Source of the DNA: Antedon mediterranea
Lineage: Eukaryota; Animalia; Echinodermata
Reading direction: 5' to 3'
Length of the DNA stretch: 64,000 nucleotides
NCBI RefSeq assembly: GCF_964355755.1
Contig: NC_092672.1
Coordinates: 7,068,001 to 7,132,000 of the forward strand
Positions 51,101-64,000 of this stretch are shown here, one piece after another. How positions within the stretch are numbered: position 1 is the first letter of the stretch; the number at the start of each line of letters is the position of its first letter. The position numbers were made by a program, and so were the translations under genes. The notes below the pieces were generated by a model, which worked only from the letters and a program-made list of their open reading frames with translations, did not search any database and was not told the origin of the DNA.

Positions 51101-54100
51101 ACATTAATGAACGAGTCTTGTGGTTAATCACGTGTGAAACCAAATTTTATAGAGAGTGGTTCAGTACAACATACAGTATTTGTTAAATATACATCATCAC
51201 ATACCTAACATTTTAAAGTATTTATTTGATTAATTCAAACAAATTAAATTTTAGATCAATCTCAAACATGTTCAAACAATCAATTCAGATGTTTATCTGG
51301 CGCTTGTATTCTAAAATCATTACAATGTGACGGAAACTTTGATTGCCCTGACAACAGCGATGAAGATGAACAATGTATTCAAGGTAATATAGTAGGCCTA
51401 TATCAGTATTATTCTCGAGATATTCTCGTGTATTTCTGGTGGAATTTCTCTCGTTTTCACGACGTAGGCATCCGCGGTCTAAAGGGAATTCTTCTGCGCA
51501 GACAAAAAAGTACAGGCCGAATGAAGATAGTTACCACCGGTAAAGTACTATAGGCCAGGAATGAGTAGTTCTTTTTTCAAAACCAAAAATTAGTGAAACT
51601 AACCTGCTTGACAGCTTCTTTAGAAGAATGGCTATAGGCTATAGGCTTCGCATATTCCATATTATGTATCAATAATATTGCGGTTTTTCTTATTTTAGAG
51701 TGTTCCGATTCGTTGGACGGCCACGACTATCGGGGGACAAAGAACAAGACAACAAATGGAATACGTTGTATAAAATGGACAAGTAATTTTAAAGGAACTG
51801 ATGCGATATATCCAGTAGATTACATTGGTAAAGGTATTGGGGATCACAACTTTTGTCGGAATCCAAACGGAAGACAACAGCCATGGTGTTATACAGAGGA
51901 TTTTTATGAAGTTGAAGATTGTGAAATTCCATTATGTGGTGAGGAAATGAATATCAGAGTCTATTGTATGCAGTATTTGTTTCAAACAATCTCTTATGGC
52001 CAAATCAGACAGCGTCGTATGACGAGGCGGGAAAACATTAAACATGTTTAAAGTTCTCGTGACGACCTAAAAACTGCACCTGAAGCTAGCTCAAGACGAC
52101 TCGTTTCGTCGGGATTCAACTCAGACAGCACCGACGAGTCAAGACGTTGCGTTTCACTAAAACCTATTCCAAAGTTTTGGTAACAAGTTGTTATTATTTG
52201 GGTTATAACACTATATCATTTTTTTAGATCAAGTTTCAGATGCAGATTTAAACAATTGTCCAATCACAAGCTTCCAGTGTTCAACAGGTCATTGTATTTC
52301 CTATTCATTCCGTTGTGACCATAAACCAGACTGCCCAGATAGCTCAGATGAACAAGATTGTAGTAAGTTTATGTTCACATGACTGTTATATTGTTATTTT
52401 GGATAAAGATTTGTGCAAAAAAAAGAAAAATAAATAATGTATACGCTTTGTACTTTGTGCATAGCGCACCGCATAGTCACTTGTTAGGCGCACTCACTGG
52501 GCCACTCAGTGCTTTAAAATGCGCATAATACATGTTTTTTTTTAATGGTAGTATTCAGGAATTGCACCGATGTCGAGTTTTCCTGTGATAATGGACGCTG
52601 TTTACAATCTTCATTGCAATGTAACATAATTAAAGACTGTTTAGATGGAACAGACGAACTAAAATGTGGTAGGCGGTTTTTTTCCTGAATAACATGACAT
52701 AACATTAGCACAACATTTTATTGTAAGGGGAGTTTACAGTTGGAGAGATTTTTTTGGATATATTGTCTTACAGTGCATTATGCCTCATGTAATGTATACA
52801 ACAACAAAAGACTGATAGGTTGTAGATACAAAATGGGAAGATCTTTAATGTATGGAAAATTAGACGTTAAACTAGTCGTTGAAGGTGAAGCCTAGAACGT
52901 GCCACACTGCAACTGCAATTGTATTAAAATAATTTCGCTCGAGTAACAAAAGTGCTGTATATATCCATTTATTTTTTCCGGTGCAAGTGTCACTTAATAC
53001 AGTTATCTTTACCAGGTGAATGCAGCTCAGGTTTTTTACGATGTAGTGATGGTAAATGTTTGCACCCAAAATTCAAATGTGATCGAATAAGAGATTGTCC
53101 AACAGGAATTGATGAGCCCATGGATGAGCCAAATAATTGCCGTAAGTAGTAGCAATCAAATAGCCTAATCACTAACATTTCACATTTCATTGAGTTTAGA
53201 CAGGTATTTGAAGCAAGTTTTTCTTAAGTGAACATATAAATGATGACAGTGACAAAACTAGACTAGCTTTATCATTTGGAGGCAAGTTATCGCTAATTCT
53301 TGTGTTGTCTTTCCTATTATAGAATATACTGATACAAAATCGTTATGTAATAAAACAGAGATGGTATGCGAAAATGGCATTTGCATCGATCAGCGTCACC
53401 TGTGTCTATTAGACTACGATGTGTATTCAGACGACGTTATAACAGGTTGTCGAGATCGTAGTCACTTACAACATTGTGGTGAGTTGAGTTGTTTCATGTG
53501 TTGTGCAACCTTCGTATTTATTCAATATTATAATCATACAACGATCCTGTTTATTCAGGAACGATGGTACTTGACAAAAATGTATAGTTTAACTTTGTAT
53601 AACATAAAGGTTTCAATTGCTTTGTTTATCGTGCATTTTCTACTTGTCAGAAGTTATGACACGCCATATATGCCTTTTTAAAAAATTAAGTCAAAACACC
53701 TGGACCCGAAGACTGTCATATGAAAGTACTTTTCGTGAATAGGTGCATTTTGTAGGATTGTAGATAATAAATAAATAATTTTGTTTGAAAAATCCAGTAA
53801 AGTAATTACTCACATTCTTTAGCTTTCGCCATCTTGGCTGACGGCTTGATCACAAGTGATCCGGTCCACGGCTACTTCCTGGAAATCTGTTGATTGTTTC
53901 TAGGTGACGTCATACTTTTTCGTAGCAATGATGTGTATACGTGATCGAGAAATACAGCTCCTTCGTCGTGGTTGATTGCGTTATACCCCACTCCCGTCTT
54001 TCTGATTTGGATTGCTTTTACTTTGTAAATTATTTGTTTTATTTTTAAAGTGTGAATTATTTAAAGTACGATTGTTTTATTATTTATTATAAACAGTTTT

Positions 54101-57100
54101 CATTGGGGACCTACATGCAACATTATAGTAACTCAGCATTTATTTATTATATTTTGATTTGAAGACCCTTACAGAAGACTCGGTTCTCGGGCAAATTGTT
54201 CCATATATTGTTCCACTAACACAAGAACTTATGAGATAACTCTCCCTTTTTTGCAAAAGTTTCTAACGCTTTAAATCATACTTTGTCGTGTAGCTTCATT
54301 CGAGTGTCCAGCAAACACATACAAATGTCCGAGCTCGTACTGCATAACAATCAAAAGCCGATGTGATGGGCGAGATGATTGCGAAAATGGAGAAGATGAA
54401 CAGTATTGTGAGGATTATAACTGTCCAGGATACTTCAAATGTCAAGATGCGTCAAATTGTATTTCTCAAGATCTTGTGTGTGATGGCATCAAAGACTGTC
54501 TTCGTGGGGATGATGAACTTTTTTGCGGTAAGATGTGATTCAAAATTCAAAAAATATTAATACTAAATAAATAGAGAATCAGTCATAAAATAATAACACA
54601 AAGTGTCATCCATGTGTTCTAGATTATTTGGATACGTTGATTTAGGAAAAAAAAGAAACCGTAACTAATTGATCTATTTAAGATTTATACATTGTTGATA
54701 GATGTATGATCCTGAGCTTAATTTAACCCTCGGAGAAATATAATAGTCTCCTAAGAAGTTGTTACTACAGATTTACTTAGTACTATTTAATTTTGTCTTG
54801 CTATGATTTTATATTTTTTTTCTAATAAAACTTACATCTACCAAGAAGTAGAACGTAAATGTGCGTAAGTTCTACTTGTGTGATGTGAATTACACTTGTG
54901 TAATTTAATTGATTTACATTTCCCTTTCTTGCCTAAAATAATAAATTGTTTAAACTACTTTTTCATTGATAACGTCTGTCATAGATATACAGTGCCCTAA
55001 CGGATGTGTCTGCCAGGACCTTTCATACAACTGTCATGGAGTAGAATGGACAGCAGAAAAAGCTGCATTAATTTCGCCAGATGTACGATACTTGTAAGTA
55101 TAATAATTTATATTTTTATATATGTATTGTTTATAAAAAGAAACATTGTTTCCTTGCACACATAAGTCCATGTATATATATGCACGCGCACACGACACAC
55201 ATACTATACATATACAGTCCATACAAAATTTGTCACAGCCAATCAGAAGATCAAAGGACTGTTAGAACTTGGTCCTATTGGCAAGACGAGCTCAACATCA
55301 TTTTGTTAGATTGCCTTGATATTAAATAAGTTTTTTATTTTCAGAAATCTAAGCAATGTATCTATAGTTCCTTCAGAAGACACGGGTGAAGATCTGCTAT
55401 TCTTACATCCCAGTATTTTCAAATTTAATTTTGTTTTGTAAGTTTAATTAAATAAAAAAATACACTAAGCTTGTTTAAGTAATATTTATGTCTAGAGATG
55501 AAAACTATGAGTAGCTGCTGTAGTAGTTATCCAGTATATTCAAGTATTTTGTTTACACTTGTAGATGTAGTATAACTATTGTGCTTTTTCATGCATTTTC
55601 TTTTTATAGAGATATCTCTGGAAACAATATCAAGAAACTAGCAGGTGAAATGTTTTATCAGTTTGACCATCTGACAACTCTGTAAGTCATCATCACAATT
55701 TAGTAAACACATTTACACAGAGTTTTTAAAATTCGTTGCATCGTCAATAGACGTAATAGGGGCCGGCCACAACGCGGCACAATTCAACAAAATAAATGCA
55801 CCCGATTCTGTGGCTGTTACTAGACTCTCTGTGGAAGACTGTCTACCAGATACCTATCTAACTGTATTAAGTACTTTTAATACATGATATCTCTGACGTC
55901 ATTAGGTTCCTATCTAGAGACAATGTATAACGTTATAATATGTATTCATCAAATGCACCAGAAAGCAGAATAGCAGGTTTATCGTAAATAAAACGAAATT
56001 ATAAACGTATATTTACCTATTCTAGATACATGCAAGGCAACAATATAGCATCATTGGAAGGTGATGTCTTTCAGGATTTAAAACAATTGAAATATCTGTA
56101 AGTAAACCATGTTAAACCTATATAGAGTAGGCTAGTTTTAGTTTTTTAGGTAAACGTTTGTGTTTATTTTTTCTAAAATTAATTTAAAGCTCATTAAACA
56201 TGTTTAGTTAAATTTCTTTATACCGCTACAATAATAGTAGACTACATAATACTTTTACATAAAAAAGACTATGGAAACAGCAGAAAATTGCTGTACATTT
56301 TGGAACTAATTGTTTATTTGTTTCATTAACAGTAATATCCATGGTAATGGATTGGAATCCATCGGCAGAGGAACATTTTTCGGATTATCAAAACTCGAGT
56401 ATTTGTAAGTATAAAGTATTTTAGATGTACGTCATGGGTGACATTGTATGGGTTAATGGAGAGAACACCTTACAATTTAAATACAAAATAACAGAAAACG
56501 ATACACAGCAATTTAATTCCTAAGTAAAAGTGTATATGTATAACAGAATGGTTCTGTGGTAACATTATTTATGTGTGCTCTATTTTAGAAATATGTCTGG
56601 AAATAACATTGGTAACGTTGATAAATTGATATTCAAGGACTTGATGTCTCTTAAAACATTGTGAGTAATGTATATATAATCTTGTACTTTGGAAAATGGA
56701 AGTTACAGTACAATAAATGTATGTCAATATTGTGTCAGAGTAGACTAGATATAGAGAGATGAAAGAGAAATACTCGTCTACAAAGTATATACAGTAGCTC
56801 TTGCTCTTATAGCGGTGTTGTGTCCATGTAGGAACCGAGCTTCATGAAGTAAATCTTTCATTTCAGAATATCTGATGATTATTCATTTTGCTGTTTGTTG
56901 GAAGATGTTGGTTTTAACGACGTTGACTGTACGCCAGATGCAGACGTGTTTTCATCATGTGACAATCTTATGCAGAATGTGTACCTTAGAGCTTTCTTAT
57001 GGTTATTTGGACTGAGTGCACTTCTAGGAAACAGTTTTGTAATCTTATGGCGATGGATAAATTGGCCTGCAAAGAAAAGTCCATCTTACACACAATCGTT

Positions 57101-59210
57101 TCTAATTACTAATCTTGCAGTTGCCGATATGCTTATGGGGTTGTATATGTTGATCATTGCCAGTGCCGATTCCTACTATCGGGAAGATTACGTCACACAT
57201 GATAGCGAATGGAAGGCCAGTCGAATATGTACGCTTGCAGGAATCTTAGCCTTTCTATCCAGTGAATCGTCTGTGTACACTCTAACCGTCATTAGCTGCG
57301 ACAGGTTTTTGCACATTGCATTTCCATTTCGCCGTTTCCATCTTACACAAGAAACAGTACAATTTGCAGTGGCTGTCGGATGGTTTCTGACCCTCGTCGC
57401 GAGTATTCTGCCAGCATTACCAATCCCGTACTTTAACAATGAGTATTACGGTGTCACCAGCGTGTGTCTTGCATTGCCATTGACGTCGGAAAAAGTGAGA
57501 GGTTGGGAATATACCACTGCGATTTTTATTGGTTTTAATTCTTTGTGCTTCTTGTTAATTTTTGTTTGTTATTCAGGTGTGTTCATTTTAATAAAGATAT
57601 CCAGTAGTAAAGTAAATCAAGCAGGACACATGAATTCTGACAAAAATAAGCACATTGCAATTGCTATACGAATGGCTGTTATTGTCGCTACCGACTTCTG
57701 CTGCTGGGTACCAATCATAGTAATGGGTATTTTATCACTGACAACATCTGTTAACATACCCGCCACGGTATATGCCTGGGCTGCAGTCTTCATTTTGCCA
57801 ATAAATTCAGCAATTAACCCATACTTATATACAATAGCATCTTTAAAGAAACTTCAAAGGCAACTAAAACCTTCTAAACATGTATCGGAAAGTATGCCAT
57901 CTACGGAGAGAACAAATGTGAAAATTGGTTTGTAAAGAAAAATTATCTATTTCTTTATGTAATTAGGATGATTAATCTGTGACTACAGAGATTATTAAAA
58001 AAAATGTGTTTTATTCTATATAAATAGTTGTATCTAAATTTAAACGAATATTTGTTTTGGGTAGCCCTCTCAGTAATAATAATAAACCCTGTTTTTCCAA
58101 GGAGCCCTACGATACTTATTTTATAATTGATTGTTACAATTTTTGTCCAAGGAATTATTATGTATGTCCCAGAAAAGTAATGTCATCCGTCACGACGTCA
58201 CATTGTCTCTCTCCACCTAGTTACAGTAAGAACAAGTCATTATTATAGTCATGCTTTTAACTCCAGTTTTTGTCATTGTTTACTCAGAAGGTGTAAACAT
58301 CCCACGAAATCAAAAAGAGCAATCTACAGTTGAGAAAATAGAAGCTATGTTATCAAATGGAACAGATAGACATGGGAAAGAACTTGATGCAGACGTACGT
58401 AAACACCTTTCAATGGCGTTGAGATTTGCTAAGCAGCAACAAGCTGGTATTGTACAAGTAAGAACGTTTATTTATATTCTTATGCAAGTACACATAAAAA
58501 AAATAGAAATATTTCTGAATAAAATTACAATGCGACGGGTAGGCCTGTCAGTAGCTGGATCTCAATGTAGATTCAAATAAAATATGCAAAAATATAAATC
58601 TGAGTTTTGCTAAACGTTATAATCATTCGTCAGTGCAAGTATATTACATAAACTAATGTGTTGTGAGCAAGTTGCTTATCTTATTATATTACAATAACGT
58701 CATTAGATGAAGACGACACACTTTTTCAGCATTAAATGGCAGTTCCAAAATAATATCGTCCGAACAATATCATTGTCTCTTTCATTAGTTAATGTTAAAA
58801 ATGTTTTATTCTGAACAAATATGTTTGTACAATTTTTTGGTTGGATATGTCATTTTTAATTTACAAATACTTTATAAAAATGTTTTCATGTAGTAAATTA
58901 AGTTCAGTTATATTAGATAATGCAAGTCGTTCCTCTGTTGTATCTAAAGGAACAAATGATATGTCGTATAAATGACAATAAAGATGTATTTATTGTTCTG
59001 TTTGGTTTCTTGCAGGTTGAGGTTGAGGATTGTGTGGAATTCGAAGAAAGCACACAAGAAGAATCTGAAGACAATACACAAAATCAATCTCAAGACAAAA
59101 CACAAGAACGAAGCGAATACTGTATAGGAGTGTCTAATCCTGCCTACGATAACGAATCATACGTCACTAGAAGTCTCGCCTATGAAGACGACACATTTTT
59201 TCAGCATTAA
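43991..59210 (+). CDS. GRL101-like SRCR/CTL/kringle/LDLa/LRR GPCR, copy 2 (apparently intact, ~2,018 aa)
   Basis: Exons 43991-44060, 44703-45170, 45365-45670, 45919-46209, 46560-46853, 47450-47728, 48276-48569, 48787-49098, 49488-49790, 50146-50199, 50700-51032, 51255-51383, 51699-51938, 52228-52362, 52552-52668, 53016-53141, 53323-53478, 54294-54527, 54985-55093, 55345-55437, 55610-55681, 56026-56097, 56333-56404, 56589-56660, 56867-57927, 58288-58457, 59016-59210 sum to 6057 nt. The 7TM has LGR hallmarks [37 protein letters not shown]. Confidence 0.9.
44703..45157 (+). repeat. Coding 18-bp minisatellite (YPDTTS, ~21 units) plus poly-Tyr
   Basis: Same repeat as copy 1; the exon is 54 nt shorter. 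Confidence 0.9.
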
Positions 59211-59615
59211 ATGGCAGTTCCAAAATAATATCGTCCGAAAAATAATAAGTATGTCTCTTTCATTACTTAATGTTAAAAATGTTTCTAGCTATTCTTCGGG
59301 TCATTAGAAAAGTCTGGAAAATCGCGAAAATGTCTAGTAAACACACTTTGTAAATAAATCGTAAAAAAAGAGAATTTTCTGAAGCATATAGGAAAATAGT
59401 TTTGTGTCACTTAGCAGACAGGTATAATTGTAATTCCTGATAGAGGGTGTTTCATTTGCCAAGTCATGCATAACATATCGCTGGAGGGGCTTTCATTCCC
59501 ATTCTTCCCCCGTTTTACTTTGGCTGGGCGCTGACACTCTTATCTACAGCCAATTTCATATTTTATTGTATTTTAATCAGACTCAAGTAGATTTATAGAT
59601 ATATTTGATGCTTAA

Positions 59616-61193
59616 AGGGGGATTCTGGGTTTAAAATTGCTTTTAAATATCGTTTATTTCTTAAATAAAAAATATTATAACAATATAGACATTTCAGAAT
59701 GAAGAAGTAATAACGAGAAATTAAAAAAATTAAATTTCATATACATTTTAGGGTAAATTCATGGAAAGTCTGTTTTTTAGCAGCTTAGGGAAGCTCATTA
59801 ATATTCATGAGATATTCACAAAATCACGTCACCAGTGGATTCCAAACTCGCGACGTCATGTACGTTGTGTTTGTCAACTAATTTACATCTCTCTCCCCTG
59901 TCAAACGACGACCACCATTGTGATCATTGTGAAATACATTTTTTTTAGATTTTCTAAGCTAGGCCTAAAGTGTAATAATAACAGTAGTAGCATATATTTA
60001 TTTGACATTTAATGAAATACAAAATTTAGTACAGATACGGAGTCATAAATTATACTATTTTTATACCTCTATAGTACAGATCGTATTATCGGCTTCACGT
60101 ACAATACTACTCTAGGCCTAGCCTAATAATAATATATATGGGCGAGAGCCATTCTGACTAGGGATTCCATGCCACGATGGCTACGTTAAAACAATGGGGC
60201 CCATGGGCCTAGCTAGCCTACTACTAGACGATTGGCCCATAAATAACAAAACCCATCTATCAACCAAACTCCTAAACAATCTAAACCTAAAACATTCTAC
60301 AAAATCGGCTGTAAATATTGAAGCAAAACAAGGTCCGATCGCCGTCCACACGTATGGTGTCCCGATCGTCTAAGTAGGCCTAAAATAAATAGGTTTAGTT
60401 TACTCTCCAAAAAAGCGGATACTCATGCATCAAGCAAGTAGACCAGGTAGTAGGAAGGAGACCTAGCCGATCCGGCCCAGTTAAAAATTGAGCTAGTAGT
60501 GTAGTAGACCCTATGCGAATTGATACTACCAGGCCTTTTACGATAGGCTGTACTACACAAATATTCCAACTCTCTCATTCGAGCTATATTATCTATACCA
60601 TTCCGGTAGGTCGAGTCGACCTTCAATCAAATACTGTACATCGTTCATGTTGTGATTATAGACGGGGTATACTCGACCCGACCAGTTTGGTGTTGTTGTA
60701 TCTGCTTATCACGTGACGATGCCAGGCATGGGCAGCAGAGAGAGCACGTGTATCGTCGTCTCGCTCGATCCTCAGCAGGAATGTACAGTATACGTTACGC
60801 TTCATTGATTTTGATTTTTCCCTAAGTCGGTGCGAAAATCGGCAAACGTAAAGTGCAAACATATCTAATTTTTCACTGTTTTGATGAATTTTCATAAAAA
60901 ATTGACTTTATAAATGGGAAGACCGACTAAAATTACATCAGATAAGTATAATTTTACAAAAGTAATTGATATGGTTTATGATAACGAGTCGTCGGAAGAT
61001 GGACCATTTCACGAATTTCCTATTTTGTAACCACAGTGTGATTTTGCCGTAGCTGCACTTGTAATCTGGCCTGATTTCACAGCCTTCGTTCTGCTTCACT
61101 GGGCGCTTATATAAATTGAAACTTTTACCGTTCAAGAGACAAACAAATATATTTTACATTTTTTACTATTCATTTTAAACCCGGAACCCCCCT
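59616..61193. mobile_element. Kolobok-like element, duplicate of 32125-33703
   Basis: Same TIRs and TTAA flanks. Confidence 0.8.
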
Positions 61194-64000
61194 TTAAGTC
61201 AAATTTTGTTTAACCTAATATTAAGTACTGTTTAGTAAGTAGAGTTTAATACTTTGATTTATACTTTGTTTAAATATTCTGATTACTGATATCCGTTATG
61301 CAGTATTTGATTTATGGTTCCAGATGACATAACGTATAGGGCGTAACCCCTTTTTATATTATGTAATATAATTAAGTTTTATACTAGAAGTGATATGTCA
61401 TCTATGTTTTACCAATATACAGGTTTTAATATTCGTCATTTTAATAAATGACATTTCCATCCAATGATGGTTTATCTGTGTTTGTTTGTTGTCCTGTCCG
61501 GTCGCTAGCGTAACACAAATATAAATGCTGATTTTTTTTTTATTGTTTCTTTTGCTTATCTGGATAATGAAGTGTTTTTTAAAAATACCAGGCTAAAAAT
61601 TTTGGCAAATTTAAGCCTAAAACAGGTCAAATAAGCAATTGAAGTGACGGTACCTATCGTTTGTATATGAACTACAGTAAAAACTCATGACGTAAATGTT
61701 ACGATGCACCTGTGACGTCTTAGCAATTTACGGCTGTACGGCGAGCGCGTGTAGCGGTATCCTTAATCTCTCGATTTTTCTGAAATTACATATATATAGT
61801 TCTCGTCAAGTTGTCCTTTAAATAGTAGGACCTGTAGATGGAGCCAGATTTCCACTTTAAACATCTATTTTACTTTGATGGACCGTTATGTTGCATAGCG
61901 TGTATTTGTCTATTCTCTATTTTTTGTAATCAGTGTAGGCCTATTTATAATACAAAAGACAATATGACGAATGCCATACTCTAGAAAAGTAACACATATT
62001 ACAGTACAACATTTTTTGAATGATGTCAAAATATCATACGATCCCAAAAACGACGGTGTTAACGTTGAAATCTTAGAGCATCTTTTATGGGTCTAACTAA
62101 GAAGTATAATACTGACATTTCACAGGTAGTTGAGTATGATTTTAATCGAATATCCTTCGAAAAAAAACAAAGTTTTTGCTGATTTTGTTCATGGTCATGG
62201 TCATAATTAAGGTTTATCGCAAATAGTTTGCGCGAAGCACTGTGGGAAGGATTTGGGAACAAACGTCACGATATCTACGTACGTGATTTGTTGCTTGTAT
62301 GTATACGTAGTGACGTTTGCTCCCAAACCCTTCTCACCGTGCATTGTGCAATGACGTTCCTCACGAAATCAGGCTATTTGCGATAAACCTTTTTGGCCTA
62401 AAAAAGAAGGATTGTGAATCATATGTTTTTCCGGTATTTTCGCCTAACTTTGTTAATGTAATAATTAATCTGTGTATTTTGTGAATTATTTCTGGGTTTT
62501 TTTAAAAATTAGATTGACGTTAGAAATCGTTTACAGCCTAACATAGTAACGACAACAACCAAGTTATAAATATTGTAAATGTAAATGTAATTAGTCGATG
62601 CTGCTTTATTTTTCGCATATTGTTTAATGTCGACGACGAAGATAGATTAAACGAGTCATGGTACTATTTGTAGATTGAATTGTTAATGTATAATTTAATT
62701 GTTGTTATTGTTAAACACTAATCGAATTTTTTTTTTTTAATGTGACAATCATTTACGTAGGCGTAAAAGTGTATTATAGATACATAACTTGTATTTTTAA
62801 GGGAGGAGTTAGTTCACTTGTTATATTACGTACAGCCTGCAGCATTGTCTGCAGACGTAAAGATCGCTTCGATTCTTATGCATATTTATTAATGTCTTTA
62901 TATAATACGTTTACAATAGTACAAAACAAATATGTATATTAGTTTAATTATTCAATCCTTTAGAAACAATATTGTTGCTCTATATAAATAGTAGACAATG
63001 ACACTGAATTTAAAGTCTCGTACAATATAGCTAGTGTATTTTGTTGTAATAAACCGACACCGATTGTTTTGTAGCCGCACCATACATTAGAAACCGACAC
63101 CGATTGTTTTGTAGCCGCACCATACATTAGAAAGCGTGTATAATATAATTATCCTAGTTGTATTTACCCAGCTTCTGGGAATACTTATTATAACTACTGC
63201 ACGGTAAAGTACATCTCATGAATTATCGTATGTTAGGCTGAGGTGGTCTCGATGAACAAATTTGACTACGTCGTATGTTTTCAATTATTTCGTGGAATGG
63301 TTTGTGGCATAACATACATCGACGTTTACATGTTTTTCCGTGAATACATAAGTAATTCAAATCTCTGTACAATGCCGGTACAATAGAGAATAAAGTTGGA
63401 ATTTCCCTTTTCATTGTGTTGCTGTGTTGTTTCTAACAACGTCACTATAAAAACTCAAATCAAATCCGGGCCTAGAACCAGCAGAAAACAAGAAGAAAAG
63501 TAATATATGCCACGCGTAATGTTATTTGATTTATATTGGCTTAACTGGCAATTGAAATAGACTAAGCAAGATTTCTCTGGTTGGTAACGTTGCTACCAAG
63601 GTAAGCGTTTTCGATTGTTAACCCCGAGACCGAGTTTGCTTTAACCGACTAAACCTGTTCCACGATAAAAGCCTCATCGTCAAAAATCTCATATTCCAAA
63701 TTAATTTTTTATTTTTTGACTCATTTAAAAAAAAACACTTTGTGTTTTGTATGTAACATTAATGTTGATGGAAGTTACAAAGAGGAACAATTTATATTTA
63801 TATACAACAATACATTCTTTATCCACTCAACAACGAAATATTTTGTTCATGTTTTATAGGCCTATAAATAATATACCACTAATAAATTTAATACTTTGTT
63901 AAAACTGTCACTGTCATAGTCGATTGAAATAGTAAAGTACATGTGACGATACACCACTACGACGTTTATATTTTGTTGTAATTATTAATTAATACAAACG

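Larger units (their letters stand above)
43346..64000 (+). repeat. Segmental tandem duplication of 4230-5126 plus 16596-36510
   Basis: Colinear exons, introns and transposons; offset ~27.5 kb over the gene body. Confidence 0.95.

Overview
AT-rich metazoan genomic DNA with GT-AG introns; a marine invertebrate, possibly an echinoderm (inference only). The window is dominated by two tandem copies, offset ~27.5 kb, of a 27-coding-exon GRL101-like LRR-GPCR of ~2,020 aa. Its predicted architecture is signal peptide, (YPDTTS)n repeat and poly-Tyr, 7 SRCR, C-type-lectin-like, LDLa, kringle, 6 LDLa, LRRs, 7TM, and an NPxY tail. Copy 2 (43991-59210) appears intact. Copy 1 (4942-31719) has a 14-bp frameshifting duplication in the 7TM exon, and its first coding intron is inflated by a full-length LINE (itself interrupted by a TIR element) and three nested Helitrons. 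A second LINE lies upstream. Most notable: two unrelated LINEs both have ORF2 exactly in frame behind a single ORF1 UAG-G stop with no AUG before the endonuclease, suggesting programmed readthrough, and one also carries a 2A/StopGo motif. Two Helitron families share an invariant GAGCGAAGCGA loop on covarying terminal hairpins. All coordinates were read by eye.
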